Positions 1-9,515 of a stretch of 64,000 nt of DNA are shown one piece after another. Source of the stretch: Nitrospirota bacterium. Its GTDB lineage: Bacteria; Nitrospirota; UBA9217. The notes beneath the pieces are model-generated. The model made no database searches. It had not been told where the DNA came from and saw only the letters and a list, made by a program, of their open reading frames with translations. Every line of letters starts with the position of its first letter. Position 1 is the stretch's first letter. The stretch is from the NCBI GenBank assembly GCA_963754875.1, contig CAVWHO010000010.1:1-64000 (forward strand), in the 5' to 3' direction. The position numbers and the translations under genes were made by a program.

Positions 1-449
1 GGATGAACTCCACCTGCCAGCTTGATCTCCTCGCCGATTCGCTGCCGCATCTCACCGCAGCAGGGGCAACGCTTTTGATCCTCCGGCAGATCGTGTTCCT
101 TGCGGGTCACCGGCAGGTTGTCAAAGGCGGCCAGGTTCCGTCGGCCACGCCGAACCCGGCGAACGGACTTGACCTCCGCCTCAGGAACATCTGCCGGCAG
201 ATCTTCCGGATTCACCGGGCGCGATTCCAGTTGCTCGCCGAAGCCCAGCAGCATCTGGGCCACATCGCCAGGGGTCTGGAGCCGGTCCGCCTTCGGACCG
301 TAATACCACTTCCTCAGGCGAAGCAGTTCAGTTTCGACGCGCAGGAACTTGATGTGCCAGTCGTCACGCTCTTTCGCTCGCTGGTCTCGCTCGTGGGAAA
401 GGTTGAGAATGATTTGCTTCAGGGCTTGCGGATCATCCGGCAGAGACAT
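1..449 (-). CDS. tnpC: IS66 transposase TnpC, N-terminal part (partial)
   Basis: Own translation MSLPDDPQALKQII...LLRLRKWYYGPKADRL...LPVTRKEHDLPEDQKRCPCCGE: coiled coil, YG motif and zinc-ribbon start typical of IS66 TnpC. Confidence 0.85.
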   Translation of the reverse strand, partial: MSLPDDPQALKQIILNLSHERDQRAKERDDWHIKFLRVETELLRLRKWYYGPKADRLQTPGDVAQMLLGFGEQLESRPVNPEDLPADVPEAEVKSVRRVRRGRRNLAAFDNLPVTRKEHDLPEDQKRCPCCGEMRQRIGEEIKLAGGVH

Positions 450-508
450 GATGGCTGATGCATCTTCCATGACGACAAGAGTAGAAACGCTCTGTCCGGC
501 AAATTGTT

Positions 509-896
509 TCAGGCGGGTTGTTTTCTTCGGGAAAATCTTTTCACGCGTCTGATGCTCCGCAGGTCGATGCCGTCCAGCATCATCGCCAGTTCACTGCGCG
601 CACAGTTCCACGCTCTTGGCATCGCCTTCGATTCGCGGCATCTTGAACACGCCCTCTTCCAACCTCTTATACCAAAGAACAAATCCGTCGCGCTCCCAAA
701 GTAGGATCTTCAGACGGTCACCATGGCGCGAACGAAACAAGAACAGATGGCCATCCATCGGGTTCTGATTCGTGACGACCTGCGCCAGTTCCGCCAGGCG
801 GTCAAACCCGCAACGCATGTCCGCAGGCTCTGTCGCCAGCCAGATGCGTGTGGCGGTGGAGTGATCCAGCGACGCCAGTGTGGGCAGACCGATCAC
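509..896 (-). CDS. tnpB: IS66 accessory protein TnpB (frameshift near 600)
   Basis: DMRCGFDRL, LFLFRSR, RLKILLWERDGFVLWYKRLE motifs; tail ELAMMLDGIDL continues in another frame to a stop at 509. Confidence 0.9.
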
Positions 897-1217
897 GCCG
901 CACCCTCCAGCGTGCGCATCAGGTCGATCAGCAGATCACGGTCGAATCCGCGCCTGCACCAGCAGGCGACGCTCGCCGCGAAGACAAATCTCGATCGTCC
1001 CAGCCGTCCCCATCTTCGGGGGCGTTACCTCGACGAACGCGGGCTTGGACGGACGGTTTCGCTTCGCTGGCGAGCGCAACCGCCGTTTCCAAGTGTAGAA
1101 GGAACCTTGGGTGATTCCCCGTTCCAGACAGTAGGCCGCGACGGTGAGCCCGCTGTCTCGCTGGCCGTCAATGATCTGACGCCACTCCTCCGGGCCGGGG
1201 CGCTGTGGTTTATTCAT
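893..1217 (-). CDS. tnpA: IS66 TnpA-like HTH protein (frameshift near 955)
   Basis: WRQII...SGLTVAAYC...FYTWKRRL...FVEV; tail RRGFDRDLLIDLMRTLEGAA in shifted frame overlaps tnpB start. Confidence 0.8.
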
Positions 1218-1281
1218 GTCGCGTCAGCATGCCGGTCAGGCTACAAAGAAAAAAGATGCGGTTTACGTATCGCACACGGAT

Positions 1282-1336
1282 GGTCCGCACGGCGGACCCT
1301 ACATGGGGAGAAGATCCCACGGATGCTATCCGTGGG
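1282..1336. repeat. Two REP-like hairpins
   Basis: Minus strand GTAG-GGTCCGC-CGT-GCGGACC (1302-1282); CCCACGGAT-GCT-ATCCGTGGG (1316-1336). Confidence 0.55.
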
Positions 1337-1349
1337 CTTTGAATAGGAG

Positions 1350-2456
1350 TTCACGAACGTGGCGCAGGGGGGGGAGGGGCGGGTGGTGGATTGGCGGACG
1401 ATTAGCTCGGGGCGGAGCATTTTGCTTTCAAGCTTGCCGTCTTCGTGGAGGATGCAGTTGGTTAGTTCGGTGAGGGCGTGTGGCCGAGTTGGACGAGGGG
1501 TTGCATCATGGTGGTGAGGGCGGGGGAGAGGTGGGCGGCGCTGGGGGGGTCGTCGACGCCGATGACGGAGAGGTCCGTGCCGACGCGCAGGCCGGCGGCG
1601 GTGGCGGCATGTCGACGAGGGCGAAGTAATAGCCGGCGGCGAAGAGGGCGGTGGGGCGGTTTGAAGCAGAGAGCATTTGTACGAGGGCATCGCACTCTTT
1701 TCGTCGAGGCACAACTGGCGGCTTTGATTTGTTCGCCGCAGTCGAGGCTGCGTTCCTGGCAGGCGCGGGTGAATCCGAGCCAGCGATCGCGGTTGTTGCT
1801 GTTGAGGTCCGTGCCGCCGACGTCGCCGATGCGGCGGTAGCGGAAGAGGGTGGCGAGGTGTTCCATGGCGGAGCGGGCGAGTTGGATGTTGTCGACGTCG
1901 ATGGAGGCGATCTTGGCGGAGCCGGATCAGGGCGCCGACGACGACGGCCGGGCGGCGAGCTTGGAGATTTCGCGGGAGATGGATTCGATTTCAAAGGGAA
2001 GAGGGTTGACCAGCAGATAACCGTTGCATTCGCGGCGGACATCTTCGCCGAAGCGGAGGAGCATCAGGTCAACGGCGAGGGATTGGGCAGCCTGGCGGAC
2101 GCCTTCGAGAATCTGACCGTGATAAAAATCGGCGAGCGAGGCATCGCTTTGGAAGATCAGGCCGATGCGGCACTGGCTGAAGGTGGTTTTGCCGCTGGCG
2201 TAGCTTTGGCGGACGAAGGTGCCTTTGCCCTGGGAGCGTTCGAGGACGCCGGAGGTGACGAGTTCAAAGCGCAGGCGAGATGTGCGGTAACGAGCGAAAC
2301 GGACATCTGTTCGCTGAGTTCTTTGTGCTGGGCATCTGCTGGCCGGGGGAGAAGACGCCGGCGTCGACGGCTTCGCGCAGGGCTTCTTTGACTGCTTGAT
2401 AAAGCGGCCGACCTGGCCGTGCAACCACCCGCCTTGAGTTCTTTCAGACTGGCCAT
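1350..2456 (-). pseudogene. GntR-HTH + LacI-type sensor regulator (AraR-like), multiple frameshifts; 3' end approximate
   Basis: Fragments across frames: MPSTKELSEQMSVSLVTAH, ELVTSGVLERSQGKGTFV, IDVDNIQLARSAMEHL, RPTALFAAG, DLSVIGVDD, LTTMMQP, PELIVRQST. Confidence 0.8.
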
Positions 2457-2669
2457 CCCGTTACCGCGCCCTTTTTGTGGAAGGTACAGAGTAGATACTC
2501 GCATAGACGGCGTAAAGTTGAAATTATTCTATAATCCTCTTTTCCTTGAGGGAATTGGTCGAGGGCGGGTTACCTGGTGAGTAGTGCGCAGTAACTTGTG
2601 TTGTGGCAGGTGGTTGCGCGGCTGGCTTGGGTGTTGTAAGACGCATGAGTTCGCCTCGGCGGCCACGAA

Positions 2670-3687
2670 CTGGACCGTTCAAGACCACTGCTTTTCAGTC
2701 CGACGTAGCGGCCACGATAAAGGGTCTTGCGTACCAGGAAAAGGAATCGTTGGTCATGCAGATGCTCGTTTCCCTGTTTCAGAACAGCAGGGTGGACATT
2801 CCCGGGGACGCGAAGCTCATTCTCGCGACGACGAAAGGCGAGATCGATTTTCTTGAAAAAAGCATTCTTGCCGGTTCGGGAGACCCCCGGGAAAGCACGG
2901 TGAGCAAACTGCTCGCAAAGGTCGTGGAACTGACGGGTGCCCGGGGCGGGGGCATGGTGGTCTCGGCGGCCTGTACTTCCTCTGCAGCTGCTGTAGCGCG
3001 CGCAGCAGCCCTGATCCGGAACGGGCAGGGGGACTGTGTGCTCGTCGTGGCCTGTGACAGCGTAACGGAATTCATTTTTGCGGGGTTCTCTTCGCTCATG
3101 GCGCTGGACAAGGCGCCGGCACGGCCCTTCGATAAAAGGAGGGCGGGTTTGAGCGTGGGCGAGGCAGCCGCATTCGCACTGGTCATGAGCGAGGAGCGGG
3201 CCCGGCGGGAACAGCGGACCATCCTCGGGGAGATAGCAGGCTGGGGTTTAAGCGACGACGCGAACCATATGACCGGGCCGTCGCGTGAGAGCGACGGCCT
3301 GATCCTGGCGATCACCAAGGCGCTCGCTTCTGCTGAAATCGGGTCCGAGGCTATCGGCGTCATTGGCGCCCACGGCACCGGAACCGTGTATAACGACGCA
3401 ATGGAAATGCGGGCGTTCCACGCCGTATTCAAGGAACCGGTCCCCGTCTATTCCGTCAAGGGAGGCATTGGACATACTATGGGCGCTGCGGGTCTTGTCG
3501 AAATGATCATCGCCCTGCGATCGCTTCGTGAGAAAATTGTTCCTCCCACCGTGAACATGATCGAGCCACTGATGATGAGGCAACCGGATGGGTGTCGAAC
3601 CATATGCGGCCTATCGAACGGGAGGGGATGGCGCTGGTGACAAATGCCGGTTTTAGCGGCGTGAACACTGCGCTTGTCCTTGCGTGA
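2670..3687 (+). CDS. Beta-ketoacyl-ACP synthase (FabF-like KS1), N-terminus missing, frameshift near 3568
   Basis: Catalytic SAACTSS, AHGTGT, GHTMGAAG; C-terminal TNAGFSGVNTALVLA* in shifted frame ending 3687. Confidence 0.88.
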
Positions 3688-3694
3688 GGCTTCG

Positions 3695-4369
3695 ATGACG
3701 ATTTCGGTCCTGGGCATAGGGTGGCTCACGAACAATGGTTATGGCTGCATCAGGAGCGGCCGACGCCGGGCATTTGAGATGGGGGAAGGCATCCATTCCC
3801 TTCTGAAGCGCGGGATTTTTTCCCATCCTTTTAAGAATTTCGGCCGGCTCGACGGCACGGCACGAATGACCGCCTATGCCGTGGCGCTGGCCCTGCAGGA
3901 CTCAGGAATTGAGTACTCACCAGGATTGAAGCTGGACATCGGGATCATCGGGACGAATACGGAAGGTTCGCTCAGGTCCGACATCGAGTACTTCAAGGAC
4001 TACGTTGAGAGCGGCCGGACGCTGTCGCGGGGAAATCTGTTTATTTATACGCTGCCGTCGAGCCCTGCGGGCGAGTCCGCGATCCACTTCGGATTGCAGG
4101 GCCCTCTTCTGTATGTTAGGGAGGAGAGAAATTCTCTTGCCCGGGTCCTGGACACAGCAGCGGACATGATCATGGCCCAAGATACGCCGATGATGCTTGT
4201 TGGCCGGGCGGAGGAAACCGAGGCCCTCTATTTTATCCTGGCTGCCGGTCCCGCTCACGCAGGTAACGGGGCGTGGAGCATCGCTGATGCAAGAACCATC
4301 GTCGAAACTAACCCCGATGTTGCGGGGACGGTACAGAAATTCGAGGAATTAGCCGCAAGAAAGGCATAA
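3695..4369 (+). CDS. Short KS-like partner (chain-length-factor-like, no catalytic Cys)
   Basis: FGRLD..RM, IGII, LFIYTLPSSPAGESAIHFGLQGP typical of KS N-terminal-like proteins. Confidence 0.75.
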   Translation: MTISVLGIGWLTNNGYGCIRSGRRRAFEMGEGIHSLLKRGIFSHPFKNFGRLDGTARMTAYAVALALQDSGIEYSPGLKLDIGIIGTNTEGSLRSDIEYFKDYVESGRTLSRGNLFIYTLPSSPAGESAIHFGLQGPLLYVREERNSLARVLDTAADMIMAQDTPMMLVGRAEETEALYFILAAGPAHAGNGAWSIADARTIVETNPDVAGTVQKFEELAARKA

Positions 4370-4370
4370 T

Positions 4371-5642
4371 GTGAAGATCAAGCTCATTTATCCCGAATGG
4401 CCGAAGCTCGAGCGCCAGACCGAATTCCATCTCCCTCCGCACGGACCGGTCTGCTTTGCCGCAACGATCCCCGATGACGTGGAGATTGACTTTATTGATG
4501 AGCACGTGCAGGCCGTCGATTTCGATTCGCGCGCAGATCTTGTCGCTATTTCCTGCATGCTCACGTGCCAGATACCGCGCGGGTGGGAGATCGCCGACCA
4601 ATTCCGCAAACAGGGGGTCCCCGTGATCTTCGGAGGCATTGGGACCATGCTCCATGCCCAGGAGACGATGCAGCATGCCGATGCAGTGTTCCTCGGCGAG
4701 ACTGAGGGACGGTTCGCGCAGGTGCTTGACGACCTGGAGAAAAACCAACTGAAAAAAGTGTACGATTACCAGTGGAAATTTCCCGACATCAAGCTCGTGG
4801 GGCCGGCCAGGCGGAGCATACTGAACCGCCCGCTCTATAACTACCGGGGCGTGCAGATGGTGGATCTGGTCCATGCTTCGCGGGGCTGCCGTTTCAACTG
4901 CTTCCCGTGCTGCACGCCGTTTCTCGGGGGCCGCGAATTCCGACCCCGGCCCATCGATGACGTGATCAATGAAGTAGCGAACATCGAAAACAACCGCCTC
5001 TTCTTCGTCGATAATTCCATGGCACAGAACGACCAGTGGGAGAAGGACCTGTTCAAAGCCCTGATCCCGCTCAAGAAGAAATGGGTCTGCCATCCCATCA
5101 AAGACGATGACGAGATCCTGGACCTGGCGGCCGAAGCCGGGTGCTGGTACGTGTACCAGGCGATCTTCGATACGTCCGACCATATCCGGAACCGGGTGAA
5201 ACGGCTGCAGGAACGGGGCATCGGCGTGGAAGGGACGATCATTCTCGGCACCGATGAGCAGGACGAGGACTATGTCAAGCGGCTCGTCGACTTTCTGCTC
5301 GAGATCAAGCTCGATCTCGCTGAATTCACGATCCTGACGCCCTTCCCGCATACGCCCATTCGCGAGACCTTTCTGAAGGAAGGAAGGATCGTGTCGAACG
5401 ACTGGCGGCACTACACCGGCGGCGAGGTGGTTTATCAACCGGCGAAGATGACGCCCGAAAAGCTGCAGGACCTGTACTACTACGCGTGGGACACGTTCTA
5501 CAGCGACAGCAGCCAGAACCTCAAGATGGCCAAGCTCTTCCTCAAAGTCATCGAGAAAGAGAAAGCAGACGGAACGTACCAGGGCGCCAATCTCAGACGC
5601 CGAAAGTGGCAAAAGGAAGAAACCGCGGAGAAGGTGAGATGA
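4371..5642 (+). CDS. B12-binding radical SAM protein 1
   Basis: N-terminal cobalamin-binding domain (VIFGG, DAVFLGETE) + SRGCRFNCFPC motif. Confidence 0.9.
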   Translation: MKIKLIYPEWPKLERQTEFHLPPHGPVCFAATIPDDVEIDFIDEHVQAVDFDSRADLVAISCMLTCQIPRGWEIADQFRKQGVPVIFGGIGTMLHAQETMQHADAVFLGETEGRFAQVLDDLEKNQLKKVYDYQWKFPDIKLVGPARRSILNRPLYNYRGVQMVDLVHASRGCRFNCFPCCTPFLGGREFRPRPIDDVINEVANIENNRLFFVDNSMAQNDQWEKDLFKALIPLKKKWVCHPIKDDDEILDLAAEAGCWYVYQAIFDTSDHIRNRVKRLQERGIGVEGTIILGTDEQDEDYVKRLVDFLLEIKLDLAEFTILTPFPHTPIRETFLKEGRIVSNDWRHYTGGEVVYQPAKMTPEKLQDLYYYAWDTFYSDSSQNLKMAKLFLKVIEKEKADGTYQGANLRRRKWQKEETAEKVR

Positions 5643-7009
5643 AGATACTGCTCATCTCGGCAAACGTGACCCTGTCACCGTACCCCATTTATCCACTCGG
5701 CGTGAGCATGATTGCCGGGGCGCTGCACAAGGCCGGCCACGAAGTGCAGCAGCTGGACTTCCTTCAGCAGAACACTTCGCTCGCAGCGATCGCAGGAGAG
5801 GTCCGGAAATTCAATCCTGATCTTGTCGGCATTTCGGTGCGGAACATCGACAACGTGAACCTGATGAACGAGCAGTATTACATCCAGAACGTCAAGAATA
5901 TCGTAAACACGGTCAGGGAAGAATCAAGTGTAAAGGTGATCCTGGGCGGCGCGGGCTTTTCCTTGATCCCCGATCTTATCCTCAAGGAGACGGGAGCCGA
6001 TTACGGGATCATCGGCGAAGGCGAGGTCCTTGTTGTCCAATTCGCAAACAACGCGGCAAAAGGCATCTACCCGACCGAGCGTCTCATCGCCTCGGCACCG
6101 CGGCTTTCCGGCCAGGAAATAAACTCGGCGCTTTACGACGAAGGGCTGCTTGAGTTCTATCTCCACAGCGGTAATATCGCTTCGATCCAGACGAAACGGG
6201 GATGCACCCATAAATGTGTGTACTGCAGCTATCCGATACTGGAAGGCGCACACCTTCGCAGGAGGGAACCGCGGGCCGTCGTGGACGACATCGAGCTCCT
6301 GCGCGACAAGTTCAAGACGAAATATATTTTCTTCGTCGATTCCGTGTTCAATGATGATGAGGGCGCATACCTGGAGGTCATCGACGAAATGCTGCGCAGA
6401 AACGTGTCCCTTCCCTGGACCGGGTTCTTCAAACCCGGCGGCTTGACCGACGAGGTCGTCGAGCGTATGAAAAAGACGGGATTTGTCGCCGCAGAGGTGG
6501 GCGCAGACGCGGCCTGCGATACAACGCTCACGAGAATGGGCAAGAGTTTTACCTTCAGCGATATCGTCCTGTGCAACGATCTTTTCGCGCGCCACGGCAT
6601 CTCAACGTCCCACTTTTTTATGTTCGGCGGACCGGGCGAGACGCAGGAAACGGTGCAGGAGGGGATCAGGAACATCCTGGGGCTGCAGAAGTGCGTGGCC
6701 TTCATTTTCATGGGTATTCGGATCCTGCCCGATACGCCGCTTGCACGGCTCGCAATCAAGGAAAACATGATCGCACCTGACGACGGCCTGCTCCATCCCG
6801 TATACTACCTTTCGCCGGCAGTCGACAAAAAATGGCTGGAAGAAACACTGACAACGGCATTTGCAGAGGTACGCCACTGCGTATTCCCGCCTGATGCCAT
6901 GGACAACAGCCTTCAGATACTGCACAAGCTTGGGTACACGGGCCCCATGTGGGACCTGCTTCTGCCCGGGAAAAAACATCGAGAGAGGACGCGGCATGCT
7001 GCACGCTGA
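5639..7009 (+). CDS. B12-binding radical SAM protein 2 (lipid-biosynthesis/ladderane-cluster type)
   Basis: MKILLISAN..PYPIYPLG, GISVRNIDN, QTKRGCTHKCVYC; ATGA overlap with upstream gene. Confidence 0.9.
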   Translation: MKILLISANVTLSPYPIYPLGVSMIAGALHKAGHEVQQLDFLQQNTSLAAIAGEVRKFNPDLVGISVRNIDNVNLMNEQYYIQNVKNIVNTVREESSVKVILGGAGFSLIPDLILKETGADYGIIGEGEVLVVQFANNAAKGIYPTERLIASAPRLSGQEINSALYDEGLLEFYLHSGNIASIQTKRGCTHKCVYCSYPILEGAHLRRREPRAVVDDIELLRDKFKTKYIFFVDSVFNDDEGAYLEVIDEMLRRNVSLPWTGFFKPGGLTDEVVERMKKTGFVAAEVGADAACDTTLTRMGKSFTFSDIVLCNDLFARHGISTSHFFMFGGPGETQETVQEGIRNILGLQKCVAFIFMGIRILPDTPLARLAIKENMIAPDDGLLHPVYYLSPAVDKKWLEETLTTAFAEVRHCVFPPDAMDNSLQILHKLGYTGPMWDLLLPGKKHRERTRHAAR

Positions 7010-8195
7010 CACCTGTCAACAGGAAGGGATATGGGTTGCAATCCCTGTTTTCAATAACCGTGCCACAGTTGCGGATGTCGCTCGCCAGTGCCGTTCCCTG
7101 GTGAAGAACGTCGTCGTCGTTGACGACGGCAGTACGGATGCCGACTTGTCCGCGCTCCTGTCCGGCCTGGATGTCGTCCTCCTGACGCATGCTACGAACC
7201 TCGGCAAGGGCAGGGCGATCCTTACGGCGTCGCGTTACGTGGAGCAGCAGGGTGGCTCATATATGATCACGATCGACGCGGACGGCCAGCACTATCCGGG
7301 GGACCTACAAAAAATTATTTCGCTGATCCGCGAAGAGGAGCCGGGCATCATTATCGGATCGCGGAATTTTTCGGTCGAGCACGTCCCCTTGTCGAGCCGT
7401 TTCGGAAGGTCCTTTGCAAACTTCTGGCTCCGCGTCGAAACCGGCAGGGCAATCGACGATTGCCAGAGCGGATTCCGCGCCTATCCGGTCCGTTATCTGA
7501 ATCAACTCACGTTCAAGGGGTCTCGGTATGATTTTGAGGCCGAGGTGCTGGCCAAGACAGCATGGGCAGGGCTCGCGCTCAAAACGGTCCCGGTCGATGT
7601 CAAGTATCCCCGGCCCGAAGAGCGCCTGTCGAGCTTCAAGCCGGTCCTGGACAACCTGCGCCTTACGGCGATTCATTCCATGCTTGTCGGCCGGCGCCTG
7701 CTGCCGCTGCCGCACAAAAAACTGGTACCGGACCCGAACGCATTCAATCTTGCGATCCTGCGCCATCCGGGAAAGGCCTTGCGCATGCTGCTCCGGGAGC
7801 AGGCAACGCCGGAAGGCCTGGCGATGTCCGCGGCCATCGGCATGTTCCTTGCCGTTCTCCCGCTTTTGTTCGTACATACCCTGGTGATCCTCTATGTATC
7901 GCTGCGGCTGAACCTGAACAAGGTCGTGACCCTCAATATCCAGCACCTTGCCATGCCGCCTTTTATTCCGGCGCTCTGCATCGAGGTCGGCTATTACCTG
8001 CGGCACGGCACGTGGCTCACCGACCTGTCGTTCAGAACGGTCTTCGAACAGTTTTCATCGCGACTGTACGAATGGTTTCTCGGCTCGCTCATCATCGCCC
8101 CTCTGGCTGCCGTGATCATCGGCGCTGTCGTGTTCAGCGCCGCAGCTGTATTCAAACGGATATGGTTCGCCAATGTCTCCAATGAAGGATGTTGA
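6996..8195 (+). CDS. Glycosyltransferase family 2 fused to DUF2062 membrane domain
   Basis: IPVFNN, VVDDGSTD, GKGRA, IDADGQH, DCQSGFRAYP; hydrophobic C-terminus TPEGLAMSAAIG... Confidence 0.88.
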   Translation: MLHADTCQQEGIWVAIPVFNNRATVADVARQCRSLVKNVVVVDDGSTDADLSALLSGLDVVLLTHATNLGKGRAILTASRYVEQQGGSYMITIDADGQHYPGDLQKIISLIREEEPGIIIGSRNFSVEHVPLSSRFGRSFANFWLRVETGRAIDDCQSGFRAYPVRYLNQLTFKGSRYDFEAEVLAKTAWAGLALKTVPVDVKYPRPEERLSSFKPVLDNLRLTAIHSMLVGRRLLPLPHKKLVPDPNAFNLAILRHPGKALRMLLREQATPEGLAMSAAIGMFLAVLPLLFVHTLVILYVSLRLNLNKVVTLNIQHLAMPPFIPALCIEVGYYLRHGTWLTDLSFRTVFEQFSSRLYEWFLGSLIIAPLAAVIIGAVVFSAAAVFKRIWFANVSNEGC

Positions 8196-9075
8196 ACGCA
8201 AGAGGGGGAACCGCCTCGGCTTCTGGTTCTTTCAGGCCACGATAAGGGCCTTCGGGCTCCGCGGTGCCTACGGGCTGCTCTTTTTCGTCAGTCTCCATTA
8301 CCTGGTCTTTGACCGGGCCGCCGTGGCCTCCAGCATGGCATACGTTCGCAGGCGGTTCCCGGACCATTCGGCTGCCCAAAAGATTTTCGACGTGTACCTG
8401 CTTTTCGTGAGCCAGGGGAAGAGCCTGATTGACCGCTACTATGCGGCCTCAGGGCCGGGGGACATCGACGTCGAGATCCGGGGATACGAAAAGATAAAAG
8501 AGCTGCTCGCCCGCGGAGACAAAGGGTTCATCCTGCTGACCGCCCATGTCGGCAACTGGCAGGTGGCCATGACGTCGCTGCGCAAATTCGGAAGAATGGT
8601 TTACCTCATGATGCGGCGGGAAGACAATGCCGCAGTCAAAGAGGCTCTGAATATCGACAGCGAAGAGGAAACCATAAAAATATTGTATACCGATGACACT
8701 CTGGGGGGGGTGGTGGAGGCTTTGAAAGCAATCAATCGGGGCCACATCGTCTCGATTATGGGGGACCGGACGTACGAATACAGCAGCGCAGGAGCATCGT
8801 TCCTTGGAGGCGGCGTCCGCTTCCCTTACGGGGCCTTCAGCCTCGCGGCAGCGGCGCAGTGCCCCGTGGTTGTGCTTCTGTCCGCAAAGGTGGGCCTGAA
8901 AAAATACATAACCGACGTGTCGCATGTCATCAAACCGTTGTCCGGCGCGCGCGGGCAAAAAGAGGCCGAGATGAGTGCGGCGGTCCAGGCGTTTGCCGGT
9001 GTGCTGGAGGAGTATGTAGCACACTATCCCTATCAGTGGTTTGTGTTTCGCGATGTGTGGGCGTCGAATATTTAG
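8182..9075 (+). CDS. LpxL/HtrB-like (lysophospholipid) acyltransferase
   Basis: LTAHVGNWQ, IMGDR, FPYGAF, YPYQWF motifs. Confidence 0.85.
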   Translation: MKDVERKRGNRLGFWFFQATIRAFGLRGAYGLLFFVSLHYLVFDRAAVASSMAYVRRRFPDHSAAQKIFDVYLLFVSQGKSLIDRYYAASGPGDIDVEIRGYEKIKELLARGDKGFILLTAHVGNWQVAMTSLRKFGRMVYLMMRREDNAAVKEALNIDSEEETIKILYTDDTLGGVVEALKAINRGHIVSIMGDRTYEYSSAGASFLGGGVRFPYGAFSLAAAAQCPVVVLLSAKVGLKKYITDVSHVIKPLSGARGQKEAEMSAAVQAFAGVLEEYVAHYPYQWFVFRDVWASNI

Positions 9076-9089
9076 AAACAAGAGACAGT

Positions 9090-9178
9090 TGTAACCACAG
9101 ATGAACACGGTAAAAAACGAAATGCAACAAGATCAGATCCAAACGATCTGTGTATATCCGTGTTCATCTGTGGTTACA
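9090..9178. repeat. Intergenic palindromic element with 21-bp perfect inverted arms
   Basis: TGTAACCACAGATGAACACGG (9090-9110) / CCGTGTTCATCTGTGGTTACA (9158-9178). Confidence 0.85.
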
Positions 9179-9214
9179 TGCTTTGTAAAATGATTTCGTG
9201 ATAAGGAGAGCATT

Positions 9215-9496
9215 ATGGAGAGAGAGCAGGAGCTGCAAAAGATACGGAAAGACCTCAAGGAAATGATCGTCCGGGACCTTTCGCTGGACGATATCAAACC
9301 CGAGGACATCAAGGACGACGAGGTCCTTTTCGGCGAGGGGCTCGGTCTCGACTCGCTCGATGCCGTTGAGATCGTCGTCCTGCTGCAGCGCAACTTCGGC
9401 CTCGAAGTAAAGAACATGGACCAGGGAAAAGAGATTTTCTATTCCATTAATACCATCGCAAACTACGTCTACGAGAACACCAGGGAAAAAGCGTAA
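9215..9496 (+). CDS. Acyl carrier protein 1
   Basis: LFGEGLGLDSLDAVEIV phosphopantetheine motif; strong RBS AAGGAG. Confidence 0.92.
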   Translation: MEREQELQKIRKDLKEMIVRDLSLDDIKPEDIKDDEVLFGEGLGLDSLDAVEIVVLLQRNFGLEVKNMDQGKEIFYSINTIANYVYENTREKA

Positions 9497-9515
9497 GGAA
9501 GGCACATAGAAAAGC

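Larger units (their letters stand above)
1..1266 (-). mobile_element. IS66-family insertion sequence (left part; runs off window start)
   Basis: tnpA-tnpB-tnpC order on minus strand; putative left end GTAAACCGCATC starting at 1266 on minus strand (IS66 ends typically start GTAA). Confidence 0.85.

Noticed and set aside
3..458. Plus-strand 151-aa ORF
   Set aside because: Antisense shadow of tnpC, which the ORF track misses because it runs off the window edge.
4308..5612. Long antisense ORFs (also 19316-20170, 32637-33629, 41286-42257, 60193-61029)
   Set aside because: Shadows of well-supported plus-strand genes; no motifs.
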